A DNA stretch of 64,000 nucleotides. Origin: an uncultured Methanolobus sp. Lineage in GTDB: Archaea > Halobacteriota > Methanosarcinia > Methanosarcinales > Methanosarcinaceae. The DNA lies in contig OY776215.1 in the NCBI GenBank assembly GCA_963675495.1, forward strand, positions 160,001-224,000. Direction: 5' to 3'. A program made the translations under genes and the position numbers. Shown here in pieces: positions 49,049 to 59,555 of this stretch. The notes beneath the pieces were generated by a model. The model did no database searches. It was given only the letters and a program-made list of their open reading frames with translations, and was not told where the DNA came from. Position 1 is the stretch's first letter. The number at the start of each line of letters is the position of its first letter.

Positions 49049-51941
49049 GGTCCTGCTCCACAACAACCGACAGCATCTTTGCAGCCTTAGAGTCTTCCTG
49101 CCACTGCTCCATGGCATCGTTCATTCCCAGCGAAGCGAAGTACCTGAGTAGTTCCACGATCTCCTTCCTCTTCTCCCAGTACCCCGGATATTCTCGTAGC
49201 CACACCTTACCTGCTGCAGTATCCTCTTCCTGTCTTGTCTGACGAATTGCGAACAGTATACTCCTCACAAGTGATGATGAGAAGCCTTCCCCACCAACAT
49301 CACGGTCCTTAAATTCCAAAGCTGTCTTGAGCCTTGTCTCATTTGCTTTCCCGCTCTGCTGCAGGTTCTTATATTCCCTAATACCAAATCCACGTGCAAG
49401 TTCCTGATAAGCTCCGGTCCTGTATTCTCCATGACTTTCAAGCTCAAGCCCCTTTAGATAGAACCTCTCTTCAGGCATGAGTTGTTTCCAAACCCACGAG
49501 TCAATACCTGCAGGCACAAGATAATCACAGGCAATCTTTACCGCATTCTCAATGACTCCCTCCAGAGGGTTCCTCTCTCCCTTCCCTCTCGCACGGCTAA
49601 GCTCACGCTCGATATCAATATCCTCTATCTGTTTGTAACGAGTAAGCACACGCAAAGCAGCTGCATAAGCCGCAAGCTGGTAGTCAGTATCCCCAAAGTT
49701 AGGGTCTTCCTTGTCATCGATCTCCAGCATTGAATTTAGCTGGTTTTTGACTTCCTCTTCAACTTCTGGGTAGATCTCGTCAAGGAATGCAACATCGTCT
49801 GAGGACTGTTTACGAAGGACCAGAAGGACAGTTCCCTGGACATAATTTCCTTTTTTAATTCCAGTTGATTCTGTTTCTGTTGCAATACACCATGCAGCTG
49901 TCACTTGTAATCCGGCAGCCCATAAAATCATTGCAAGATCAGCCCAGACATTTGTGTCTTGGTGAGTGAACATTACAACTTGAGCACCGTTTTCAGGCAT
50001 ATGATTAGTAAGGTTCCTATACACTTCCACCATACTTTTTCGGAATTCTTCATCTGAACCTTTTATAGCAATAGCACGTTTTGAATCGATGTTCCAATTA
50101 GGAAACAGCTCTTTCAGTGATTTTTGATACCATGCAAGGAAAAACTCAGACAATTCATGATAGTTAATTGCGTCGGCATAAGGTGGATCCGTAATCCAAA
50201 ATGAGTTATTATTGTCAATAGACCTTGCATCTTGAGAATACAATGTTTTTTGCGTATTTACCTCGAAGGAATTAAAAGATATAAAAAAAGGATGTTTTAA
50301 CAAACTCATCCCACGATTCGCAAAATTATAAACGGTGTTCAACGCTTGATTGTAATATGTCTGTGATGTGCCTTCTTTTCCTGATTGCGGATACCATCGG
50401 GATAACTTGCTACTCCAATCGCAGCATTTTCCAATCCCAAGTAATATTGAAATTTTCTGAATGTCAGAATACTCTTTCTTATGCATTTTCTCTTTACAAA
50501 GTGATGTGAACATTAACTGTCTAGGAGTAAATAGGTGATGCCAGTGTGTCCATCCACGTGTCCTTATGGGTTCATTTGTTTTTGCTCCATCTTCGATGTT
50601 TAAGTTTGGCAGGTATCCCATTTCCTGCCATTCTACAAACCTGTCATTTAATAATTTAAGTACTTTGTTTTCATTTTTGATATCGTGTTCGTTAGGTGCA
50701 AGATAATGTTTTCGTATGTTTTCTTGCCCTTTATCGTTTTGATATTGTTCAACCCATCGAATACAGTATAAGCGCTCTTGAAAAACATCTTCTTTTCTGG
50801 GAACGATATCATGATTCTCCCAAAGACGTAGACCTCCCTCATAATCACGTCTTAGGGTCGTTATTGCAATTGGTGATTTGTGTCCAGGACAATCATGATT
50901 TGGACAAATTACCCGACTATTCTCGATTGTCTTGTTTTTGTTAGCCAGTTTAATATCTTCTGCCGATGCTTCCTGCTGAAGCACAATATTGTATCGTTGA
51001 TTATCGTCATCAGGATCAAGTTTCACTATTACTTTTGAGTATTCACTAACAATCATTGTTGGAAGAAGAGGAACTTGCCAACCACATTCAGGGCATGTTA
51101 CCTCTGAGCAGTAAAGATAAGCATCAGCACGCCAACCTTTATCATTGTGCTCGATGCCCAATTCAGTAACTTGTTTGTCCACGGCATCGTAAACTTCTTG
51201 CTGGGCCTTTCGTACTTCATCTACAACCTCTTCTCCACCACCAATTATGTTCAATGATGCCCATGTAAGGAGAGCAGCAACAGGATTTAAGTCAGATCCA
51301 AAAACATCACAGCCGATACGAGCAGCTTCAAATGGAACACTGCCCCCACCACAAAAACAGTCTCCTACAGAAGGTCTTTTTCCAAATTGCTGCTTGCCAA
51401 GCTCTTCAACAAGTTCAGGGATTGTAGATGCATTAGTTCCAAGATACTCATTAATTTCTTTCCATGTTTCCACTGAGGGGCCATTAATCTCTTCTGGACG
51501 GTAAGAATAAGCTAGGCGTTCATCATAACCCATACGAAGGAAAACCATCTTTTGAAGTCCTTCTTTCTCTTCTGATGAAAGTCCGCGGCGAATCCTATCA
51601 CCATCAAAATAATCATTTTTCTCTCTGTGAATCAGATATTCTTTCAACACTCTACCCGGAATGTTTGTCTTTTTCCTTTGCCACATCCCCTCATCGTCCA
51701 TTGTCAGGAGTTTTAGGAATATTTCACGGTCTTTTGTGGGGTTATCAGTTGCAGGGAGAAGTAAACCCAGAACAGCCGCTCTTACAAGAATCAATGGTTT
51801 CCTTCCCCACCATTTTCCTAGTCCTGTGAGTGTCTGGCTATAGTTCGATTTCCTCTCCTTGTAACTCTCCTTGGAAACCTTGGAAACAGGAAATTGTGAT
51901 TCAATGAACGACTTATTAAAAGGAATACTATCAACTGACAT
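49041..51941 (-). CDS. DUF1156 amino (adenine) DNA methyltransferase with Zn finger
   Basis: KWWGRKPL, DCFCGGGS, TDPPY and CPECG/CPNHDC motifs. Confidence 0.9.
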   Translation of the reverse strand: MSVDSIPFNKSFIESQFPVSKVSKESYKERKSNYSQTLTGLGKWWGRKPLILVRAAVLGLLLPATDNPTKDREIFLKLLTMDDEGMWQRKKTNIPGRVLKEYLIHREKNDYFDGDRIRRGLSSEEKEGLQKMVFLRMGYDERLAYSYRPEEINGPSVETWKEINEYLGTNASTIPELVEELGKQQFGKRPSVGDCFCGGGSVPFEAARIGCDVFGSDLNPVAALLTWASLNIIGGGEEVVDEVRKAQQEVYDAVDKQVTELGIEHNDKGWRADAYLYCSEVTCPECGWQVPLLPTMIVSEYSKVIVKLDPDDDNQRYNIVLQQEASAEDIKLANKNKTIENSRVICPNHDCPGHKSPIAITTLRRDYEGGLRLWENHDIVPRKEDVFQERLYCIRWVEQYQNDKGQENIRKHYLAPNEHDIKNENKVLKLLNDRFVEWQEMGYLPNLNIEDGAKTNEPIRTRGWTHWHHLFTPRQLMFTSLCKEKMHKKEYSDIQKISILLGIGKCCDWSSKLSRWYPQSGKEGTSQTYYNQALNTVYNFANRGMSLLKHPFFISFNSFEVNTQKTLYSQDARSIDNNNSFWITDPPYADAINYHELSEFFLAWYQKSLKELFPNWNIDSKRAIAIKGSDEEFRKSMVEVYRNLTNHMPENGAQVVMFTHQDTNVWADLAMILWAAGLQVTAAWCIATETESTGIKKGNYVQGTVLLVLRKQSSDDVAFLDEIYPEVEEEVKNQLNSMLEIDDKEDPNFGDTDYQLAAYAAALRVLTRYKQIEDIDIERELSRARGKGERNPLEGVIENAVKIACDYLVPAGIDSWVWKQLMPEERFYLKGLELESHGEYRTGAYQELARGFGIREYKNLQQSGKANETRLKTALEFKDRDVGGEGFSSSLVRSILFAIRQTRQEEDTAAGKVWLREYPGYWEKRKEIVELLRYFASLGMNDAMEQWQEDSKAAKMLSVVVEQDHV

Positions 51942-51968
51942 GTTATCTCCTGATATTAAAAAATTAAA

Positions 51969-52604
51969 TTAGAAATCGAGTAAACTGCCCTGCTTTTTCT
52001 TTTCCTGGTCTGTGACTTTTCCCTCATCATCCAGGCTTGCGATAAGACCGACACGTTGCTCTGCTTTAGCAGAGTTGATTGGATTGTTACATAGGGCAAA
52101 CCTGACCGCTGTTCTCCAGCCGGTGTTCCTGCCTCGCAGTGCCTGACCTGTTGCAGCGTTTGTCATGGTATAGAGCCACCAGCGTTCTTCCGGGAGAAGA
52201 CCAAGCCAATTTGCAACAGCTGAATGGATACGACCGGGGTCTGCATCCTCAATAGCCCAGCCAAGAAGAACAAGCTCTTTTCCGAACAGACGAGAAACTG
52301 GTGTAAGGCCTCTTGCCTTCCACCGTCCTTTCTTGTATCCAGTCTCTTTCAAGCGGCGGTTGAATTCAGAGGATACAGCATCTGCAATTCCATCCCATTT
52401 AACCCTCGGGAGGAAAACTCGCAGGCGTTCATCACTCTCATCCTTCACTGCACGTATCTTACCCTTCCACATCTCACTATCCCAGGACATGTGCTCGGAT
52501 ATCTGCACATCTCCGGTGGGGGAAGGAACAGACACAAGGAAATAATGCTCCGACTCAGCCGGCTTGAATCCAAAACCCTCTACAACGGAACTTTCACGAC
52601 TCAC
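51969..52604 (-). CDS. DUF3780 protein
   Basis: GFGF, FNRRL, GKELVLLGWAIE and PEERWWLYTMT motifs. Confidence 0.85.
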   Translation of the reverse strand: MSRESSVVEGFGFKPAESEHYFLVSVPSPTGDVQISEHMSWDSEMWKGKIRAVKDESDERLRVFLPRVKWDGIADAVSSEFNRRLKETGYKKGRWKARGLTPVSRLFGKELVLLGWAIEDADPGRIHSAVANWLGLLPEERWWLYTMTNAATGQALRGRNTGWRTAVRFALCNNPINSAKAEQRVGLIASLDDEGKVTDQEKKKQGSLLDF

Positions 52605-55600
52605 TGAGTTACCTCATCCATATTGATACTAGCTTTCTCTGCATCTGCAAAATCCTTCATGTCCTGACCTGTTGTAAACTTAATGCTTCGAGCATCAATC
52701 CCTACTTGTCCGTCAGAATAGACCTCTCTTAAGGATTCAATGAGTTTCTCAATCTGCTCACCTGAAAGCTCAATCCCAGAGTCCACATTAAGCTCTATCC
52801 AACTTTTACCTATGATGGATAATCTTGCCTCGGGAACACGGGCATTATACTTCTTAAGATGGTCAGTAAAATCAAATGTATCTTTTGTAGCTTTGATACT
52901 GAGAGTGTGTTTCCAGGTAGCTGGCTTCTCTAGACTAAGTCCTGTTTTCTCCGCCTTCCAGTCAATGTCGATCCTGAGCTGCTCAGACTCAACGCCTTCC
53001 TTTTCAGCAATAGCAAGTACAATTCTTACAGACCTGTCTATCTCAAAAGGACTTGTGTATATCCCGCCGGCATTCTTGGGATTGGAACCATCTGTTGTGT
53101 ATCTTATAGTAGCACTGGCAGGAGCTGCCTTCAATTCCACCGTTTTCTTATCCCCATCGCCAAAAACCCTTTTCTTCAAAGTGACCGAATTGCTCCAGCT
53201 ATACTTTTCACCGGCTTCATGGAGACCTTTGGAATCAACACAAAGGAAAGAAACACGCATATCCTTTATCGCTAAATTCTGGTAATCAGTAACCTTAGCA
53301 GAAGCAGTGGTTGCCTCTCCACCTACATCATAGTAGACCGTGTCCCCATTAACAGGTATTACCTTTAAAATAACGTCTCCGGTCTCCTCATCTCTGTTCC
53401 ATTCCATTACCTGAACCGCTGTGGAAGGCGCCGGGAAAGGACCCTTATCAACATATCCTCCGTCAATTCTCCACTGCTCTTTCCTTAACATCTCATCTTT
53501 CAGGTTATCAAGGGCATTAGGATGATGCCATTGCCACTTGGTAAGGATGGCTGCACGCTTTTTGATCTCAGACCACTGCATGTTCTGCTGGGTAAAAAGA
53601 CGTTGTTCGCACTTTTTCCTAAACGTATCTCCATCAACTTCAATAGTGAATTTCTGCTTATCAGTAAGCGTGCTTCGTATCAGGTCCTCTCCACGACACT
53701 TGTTTCCTTCAAAGTTCATGGTCAGATCAGTAACACGCAGATCGTCATTGTGTGGATAATGCAGGCGAGTGAATGTCTCCCGTGCAGAACTTAACAATCG
53801 ATGAATAATATTATCCTTAAGATCCTGAGCAATAATCCTCTGGGTATCGTCAGACCTGATACCACTGCTATCCATATCTGCCAGAATGGATTTGATGGCC
53901 TTGTACTCCTTACCAACAGAAATCAGGTTGTTCATAGTATCTCTTTGACCGGAGATGAAGCACACACGATTCTTATAGTCCAGCGCCTCATAGAATTCAT
54001 TTAGATGCGGGTGTAAAGCTCCACCATGTGGCTCATATAACACCAATTTGACTTTATCCTGACTTATTGTAATATCATCAACAGCAGGAAGTACTTGAAG
54101 CTCCTGATAACAATCTTTCCTCTCAGATACAAAAATAGCTTGCAGGAACTCTTTTACATCCTTTAATGCTGCTTCCCTTCCATATGACTCTGCAAGTGAC
54201 CTCAGACGAGCTACAAGGTTCTCTGTGTTCTTGAAGTACACTTTTCCATTGTTTGCCCGATGCAGATACCAACAAAGCTGGCTCTCAAGGGTTGAAATCA
54301 TATCAGGAAGTGTGGCAAGATCTCGTCCGGGAGCTGCAATATCTGTTATTATCTCAGACGTTGTCAGACCAAGCACGGAATTCTCAACGTTCGCAAGAGA
54401 TGCCATCAAGATCAATTTAGAGATATCCTGGGCATCAGAACCACTACGTTTCAGATCCTCCATCTCTGCAACAGAATCTCCATCTGATGCAATATCATGG
54501 CTTATAGCATTACCAAGAGTAGAATTGATCAGATTAATCTCAGCGCTCATCTCCGGATTATTAAGGTCGATCATGTGAGGATGGATCAGAATCGCATTCT
54601 TAGCACCTTCCGATTCATAAAGATGTGATACCAGAACACGCATGAAACGAATAAGTCCTCTTGTCTGCTGGAACCCTGGATTCTCCCTAAACCGTGCATA
54701 AAGGTCCTTAATTGCAGGATGGAACGGGTAAGAATCCCTCACCTGCTGAACAATCTTATCAGGTGAAACATGGGTCAGATCCATTTGTCCCGCTTCTTTT
54801 ATAATGTCCCCATATGCCTGTGCAATCGATAAGATAGTATCGTCATCTGGAAAGTCAGAGAAAATACGCTTCTTAAGAATCTGATATACCTCGTCAGTAT
54901 TAAGTCCGACAGGCTCAATGTTCACAGAACCCCTTCCAACTTCGTTTTCGAAATCATGAAGTGCCTGACTTATCTGCTGGCTTCCACTTTCATATGTGGC
55001 TTTAAGGTCTGAAAGAACAATGGATACCTGTGATAATTCATCTGTTCCAAGTGCAACCAACAGATTTGAAAGCGCCGTCTTTGTAACGACAGAAAGATCA
55101 GTATTTCCGATTGATTTAGATTTAGCATTTTCAAAATAAGGAGGGAGTTCATCAAGAAGAATCAATAGTTTTTGACCTTTCAACAGATTGACCCATGCAC
55201 TTTTTCCAGGTGCCTGCAACGGCGAATAATAGTCTTTGAAAAAATCCTTTTTTCCTATTTGCTCGGCAATGGACCCCCATATACCATAAGGTGCGTCACT
55301 CTCACGCCCATTGAATACAACAACATTGATAGGACCAAGAACATTCTTTGCAAAACTCTCGCCCATTACTTTCTCTCTAATCTCAGGATACTTTGCAAGA
55401 AGGGCAAGTCCAATCATACAGTGGGTCTTACCGCCACCCATTGCCTGGGTTAACTTAAAAATAGAAGAATCAGATTCATTTGCAAATCTCCTAAAAACCT
55501 GCTTAAAAAGAGACTTCATTCCTTCAGTTAGATAATTTTCTTCAAAGAAATCATAAGGATCGATCTTGCTCTCCACTACATCAGAGATATCAAGGACCAC

Positions 55601-55663
55601 ATCCCTTCGATTTCTGTCAAAAATTGAATCGCGCACTTTACATAAGCTTTCAATTGATTGCAC
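52601..55663 (-). CDS. DUF499 AAA+ ATPase with a C-terminal Fn3/CHB_HEX_C-like domain
   Basis: QAMGGGKTH, LLDE, SYPFHP, FQQTRG and YTTDGSNP motifs. Confidence 0.9.
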   Translation of the reverse strand: MQSIESLCKVRDSIFDRNRRDVVLDISDVVESKIDPYDFFEENYLTEGMKSLFKQVFRRFANESDSSIFKLTQAMGGGKTHCMIGLALLAKYPEIREKVMGESFAKNVLGPINVVVFNGRESDAPYGIWGSIAEQIGKKDFFKDYYSPLQAPGKSAWVNLLKGQKLLILLDELPPYFENAKSKSIGNTDLSVVTKTALSNLLVALGTDELSQVSIVLSDLKATYESGSQQISQALHDFENEVGRGSVNIEPVGLNTDEVYQILKKRIFSDFPDDDTILSIAQAYGDIIKEAGQMDLTHVSPDKIVQQVRDSYPFHPAIKDLYARFRENPGFQQTRGLIRFMRVLVSHLYESEGAKNAILIHPHMIDLNNPEMSAEINLINSTLGNAISHDIASDGDSVAEMEDLKRSGSDAQDISKLILMASLANVENSVLGLTTSEIITDIAAPGRDLATLPDMISTLESQLCWYLHRANNGKVYFKNTENLVARLRSLAESYGREAALKDVKEFLQAIFVSERKDCYQELQVLPAVDDITISQDKVKLVLYEPHGGALHPHLNEFYEALDYKNRVCFISGQRDTMNNLISVGKEYKAIKSILADMDSSGIRSDDTQRIIAQDLKDNIIHRLLSSARETFTRLHYPHNDDLRVTDLTMNFEGNKCRGEDLIRSTLTDKQKFTIEVDGDTFRKKCEQRLFTQQNMQWSEIKKRAAILTKWQWHHPNALDNLKDEMLRKEQWRIDGGYVDKGPFPAPSTAVQVMEWNRDEETGDVILKVIPVNGDTVYYDVGGEATTASAKVTDYQNLAIKDMRVSFLCVDSKGLHEAGEKYSWSNSVTLKKRVFGDGDKKTVELKAAPASATIRYTTDGSNPKNAGGIYTSPFEIDRSVRIVLAIAEKEGVESEQLRIDIDWKAEKTGLSLEKPATWKHTLSIKATKDTFDFTDHLKKYNARVPEARLSIIGKSWIELNVDSGIELSGEQIEKLIESLREVYSDGQVGIDARSIKFTTGQDMKDFADAEKASINMDEVTQ

Positions 55664-55820
55664 TTATACCCTCCATGGGAATTTGAAATATAATATTTTC
55701 AAAATAATTTTATACATTAAATGTGGTTAGATTTATATGAGGATTTCGATTTATTCTTAAAAAACTATACACCAGATTGTTGTTTTTATCATGTTTTTAT
55801 CTTCATAAATCCAAAAAGCA

Positions 55821-58800
55821 TTATTCATAGTTCCACCCACATATCCCCGTATAATCGCAGAACCGGCAATTCGGCTTCCCCGTCACCTCAAAGTCTTCCT
55901 TCAATATCCTGTCCACAATCCCCTTGATTCTCTCAACCACAACTCCAACACTCTCCTCACTCACATCCACCATCCTCAGTTCAGCAATCTCAGGATGGAC
56001 ATACATATGACCAGCCTGTACCGGTAACTTGTCATACTTCTCTTTCACAGCTAGGCAATACAAAGCCATCTGAACATCATCTTTCAATTTGTTCTTACTC
56101 AGGTTACTTTTGCCAGTCTTGTAATCGATGACGATATAATCTCCATTAGGAGTCCTGTCAAGACGGTCTATAAAACCTCCAAAGTGAGCTCCATCAAGGT
56201 CGAGTTCGAACCATTCTTCAACTTCGACTGTCTCATTGGGATTATCCTTCTCAAAATCAAACCAGAACTCAAGCATCTTCTGCATCTTATTGTATTCCTG
56301 TTTCTCCTGGGTTTCGGAATCAAAGTTGGGAGATTCCCATGAAGTGTTCAGCATGTCCTTTGCCATGCTCAAGTCAAATGATCCACCCTGCATCTCAAGC
56401 TTTGCCATCTCCTCGAGGACAGCGTGAACATCTGTACCAACCTGGAAGAATGTCTTCTGGGGAGTTGGGATATGTAGTATCGACTGGAACTTGAACTTGA
56501 GCGGACAGTCCTCGTATGTCTTTATCTTTGAAGCTGAGAAACGCATTTCAGGATTCACAAGTGCAGGTACTTTGTTATCCACCAGGTCCTGCAGTTCAAT
56601 AAGATCCCTGGTATCGAGATTCAAAAGCTCATTCAAGTCAAGATTATCAGGATTTCCACTCTTCTCAAGCTCCTTCAACTGAGCAAGCAGTACCAAGGAT
56701 TCAAGTGCATGCTTTAGTTGTCCCTGCTTTGTGTACATATTAATGAGACTTTCCTGTTCTGTCATTTTTCTCATTAATGGAGAATCCGCATTCGTGTCCA
56801 GTTGTTGTTCCACCTGCTCGACTTCAATTAACTCTACCAGCGGATTACTGGAAAACCCGATGTCTTCCAGGAACTGACTGGGTTTCACACCCCTCACATT
56901 GCCAGCATACCTCTCTGGAAAAACAAGATACAGATGCTCCTTTGCACGGGTCATGGCGACATATGCAAGTCTTCTCTCCTCTTCAAGATGCAATACTTTT
57001 TCATCCACATCCCGCTGCACACCTTTTATAAGCTCAAAAGGCACCGTGAACTTCTTACTCTTGTATTGCAGGGGCAGATGCCTGGTGGCCATATCACAGA
57101 CGAATACCACCTTTGCCTCTTTACCCTTGGATTGGTGAATGGTCATGACCTTTACAGTATTATCATCAGTTGACTCACCACCCTCTATCTCAAGGTCAAA
57201 GACAAGTTCCAGATGCTCCATGACCAGTTCAAACTCAGCACCACCGTCTATCAATTCAAGATCTTCCACTATCTTGACCAGGGAATTCAAAACCTCGATG
57301 TTCCTGCGGGAATTCTTGCTGTTCTCATGTACCTGTGAACGGTAAAGGTCTGTTATGTTCATCAGCAGGTGCTTCAGGGTATCCGAAGGAAGATGATTCT
57401 TCTTGTATTCGATCATCTCCTGCAATCTCGCAAGTATGGACCTGACAAGGTCTGCCTGTTCAAGGTCAAGTTCATCCAGATGATGCAGCAGTACAGAATA
57501 GATTCCATCACCCTGCATATCATCCGCTTTTCTGAGTTTGCCTGCCATTATATTGATCATCTGCAAGGTATGCTCTGTCACTCCTTCCCTGGACAGTATC
57601 TTTGCAAAAGCAATACCATTGTTAAAAGGGTCTGCAACAAAACGCATGTAAGCCAGAGCTTCCTGTATCAACGGAAAATCGCTGATCTGCAGGCTGCCAA
57701 CATATTCTACCGGGACCATATGACGTTTCAGAGCTTCACTGAACTTTTTTCCATCAGCTCTTTTACGGGTAAGTATGTAGATGTCCTTTGCTTCGACGGA
57801 TTGCTCATCCATTAGCCTGCATATCTCATCTGCAACCCATTCTGCCTCACTCACATCGTTTGGTGCCTTTACAAGCTTAACAGGACTCTCTCCACCATTG
57901 TTCGATACAAGTTGCTTTTCCTGTCTGTCAGGATTCTGCCTGATCAATTCCTGTGAGAGATCAACTATCGGCTCTGTTGACCTATAGTTCACTCCAAGAG
58001 CTATTTTCTCAAGGGATGGATAGAACTCAGCCAATTGATTTATATTTGAAAGATAAGCACCCCTGAATCTGTAGATACACTGGTCGTCATCAGCCACGCA
58101 CGTCAGGTTGCCAGCACCTGCCAGGAGATGTACTAGGTGCAACTGGGCATAGTTTGTGTCCTGGAACTCATCGACCAGAATGTAATCATAAAGCTGTTGT
58201 ATCCTTTTTCTGGCAATCTCATTACTTTCTAATAACCTGCATGCCAGGGTGATCATGTCATCATAATCAATGAAATTGTTATTCCATTTGTATTCCTGAT
58301 AGTGATGGTAGAATTTTGCAAGGTCTGCAAGTTTTTGTAACCTATCTATCTGATCTGCATCCATTTCTCCTTCAGATGACAATTGGCCTTGTACATATTC
58401 GCCTAGCTCTTCAGGAGATATCAGCTGGTCATGGAATTGTGAAGTACCTTCCAGCAGACTTTTGATGAGGTCTGAAGGCATTGTTGGAATCGGGATATAT
58501 TCAAATTTGAATGAATCAATATTCTTTATTCCCCACACATGTGAATGTTCCTTAGATATCAGACGAATACCGTGGTTGATACCCATATCCAGAGAGAAAT
58601 CCCTGATGAGATCATTGCAAAATGAATGAAAAGTAGAAATTGTAATTCCGGTTCCAGTACCTATTTTTTTCTCAATTCTGTTTTGCATCTCATCTGCAGC
58701 TTTTTCAGAGAACGTGAGAGCAAGTATCTTTTCAGGAGCAAAACCACTTTCTATTAACTGCAGTACTTTTTCGGTTATCGTTAGGGTCTTTCCAGAACCG

Positions 58801-58910
58801 GGTCCTGCAAGGATCAGAAGAGGTCCAGAAGTGTAAGATACTGCATTTAATTGATCATCGTTAAGTTCTGTACTTTTCAATATTACCTCTCCTTGCCACA
58901 TCGTTTGCAT
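55821..58910 (-). CDS. UvrD/PcrA helicase fused to a PD-(D/E)xK nuclease with Fe-S cysteines
   Basis: AGPGSGKT, DEFQD, YVAMTRA; CPLKF...IDRLD...IDYKTG...CRFCDYTGIC. Confidence 0.9.
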   Translation of the reverse strand: MQTMWQGEVILKSTELNDDQLNAVSYTSGPLLILAGPGSGKTLTITEKVLQLIESGFAPEKILALTFSEKAADEMQNRIEKKIGTGTGITISTFHSFCNDLIRDFSLDMGINHGIRLISKEHSHVWGIKNIDSFKFEYIPIPTMPSDLIKSLLEGTSQFHDQLISPEELGEYVQGQLSSEGEMDADQIDRLQKLADLAKFYHHYQEYKWNNNFIDYDDMITLACRLLESNEIARKRIQQLYDYILVDEFQDTNYAQLHLVHLLAGAGNLTCVADDDQCIYRFRGAYLSNINQLAEFYPSLEKIALGVNYRSTEPIVDLSQELIRQNPDRQEKQLVSNNGGESPVKLVKAPNDVSEAEWVADEICRLMDEQSVEAKDIYILTRKRADGKKFSEALKRHMVPVEYVGSLQISDFPLIQEALAYMRFVADPFNNGIAFAKILSREGVTEHTLQMINIMAGKLRKADDMQGDGIYSVLLHHLDELDLEQADLVRSILARLQEMIEYKKNHLPSDTLKHLLMNITDLYRSQVHENSKNSRRNIEVLNSLVKIVEDLELIDGGAEFELVMEHLELVFDLEIEGGESTDDNTVKVMTIHQSKGKEAKVVFVCDMATRHLPLQYKSKKFTVPFELIKGVQRDVDEKVLHLEEERRLAYVAMTRAKEHLYLVFPERYAGNVRGVKPSQFLEDIGFSSNPLVELIEVEQVEQQLDTNADSPLMRKMTEQESLINMYTKQGQLKHALESLVLLAQLKELEKSGNPDNLDLNELLNLDTRDLIELQDLVDNKVPALVNPEMRFSASKIKTYEDCPLKFKFQSILHIPTPQKTFFQVGTDVHAVLEEMAKLEMQGGSFDLSMAKDMLNTSWESPNFDSETQEKQEYNKMQKMLEFWFDFEKDNPNETVEVEEWFELDLDGAHFGGFIDRLDRTPNGDYIVIDYKTGKSNLSKNKLKDDVQMALYCLAVKEKYDKLPVQAGHMYVHPEIAELRMVDVSEESVGVVVERIKGIVDRILKEDFEVTGKPNCRFCDYTGICGWNYE

Positions 58911-58980
58911 TGCGTCTTTTTATTCCGTATAACAATAGACCTATTATAAAATATATTAATGTATTGAATTTATTTTACAT

Positions 58981-59175
58981 GGGAGTAGAGTCATCATTTT
59001 AATCAGGAAATTCTTCTTGGTTCTTGAAGACCAGATGTGTGACTGGGTTCCGGGAGAAGGGAGTAGCTTGGATAGAGTAGATGCACTTGTATGGGCATTG
59101 TCGGAGCTTAGCAAATCAAGGTACGGACCGCAGAAACTGAACATGTCAGCAGCTATCAAAACAAGAGTGAGGTAG
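58981..59175 (+). pseudogene. Terminase large subunit, C-terminal nuclease fragment
   Basis: LEDQMCDWVPGEGSSLDRVDALVWALSEL; an upstream RVHH-like motif is broken by a 1-bp loss. Confidence 0.75.
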
Positions 59176-59178
59176 TCT

Positions 59179-59385
59179 ATGAGGCCAAAACTCTATGCAA
59201 TCGTGAGCAAGAATACGACCACAGTGCTTTGCAGAGTGATGAAGGAGCAGGATTGCAACAAGAGCCAAGCAGTGGACTTTATTGCGGAATATTATTCAAA
59301 AATGCAGAACGATTTGAGGGAGAAGCAAGTGGAAGGGACTGCAGAGTTTGCGATTGAGAAGTTGAAGTTGAATCAGTTGGTGTAG
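59179..59385 (+). CDS. Small hypothetical protein, probably viral
   Basis: GAGGT RBS; starts 3 bp after the terminase stop. Confidence 0.55.
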   Translation: MRPKLYAIVSKNTTTVLCRVMKEQDCNKSQAVDFIAEYYSKMQNDLREKQVEGTAEFAIEKLKLNQLV

Positions 59386-59418
59386 AGTCTAGAGGTTGGA
59401 ATGAAATGCCACGTTTTT

Positions 59419-59547
59419 GGCTCTGTAGAAATTCTCAATATTCTTATGATAGTAAAAATAAATATTTTTAAATGTACTGCATGATATTGATGAATTTCGT
59501 TTATTTAATCAAAATGATGTTGATTAAGATAAATTTTCTACAGAGAC
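59419..59547. mobile_element. MITE (~129 bp)
   Basis: Inverted repeats GGCTCTGTAGAAA / TTTCTACAGAGAC. Confidence 0.7.
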
Positions 59548-59555
59548 TTATCTTG

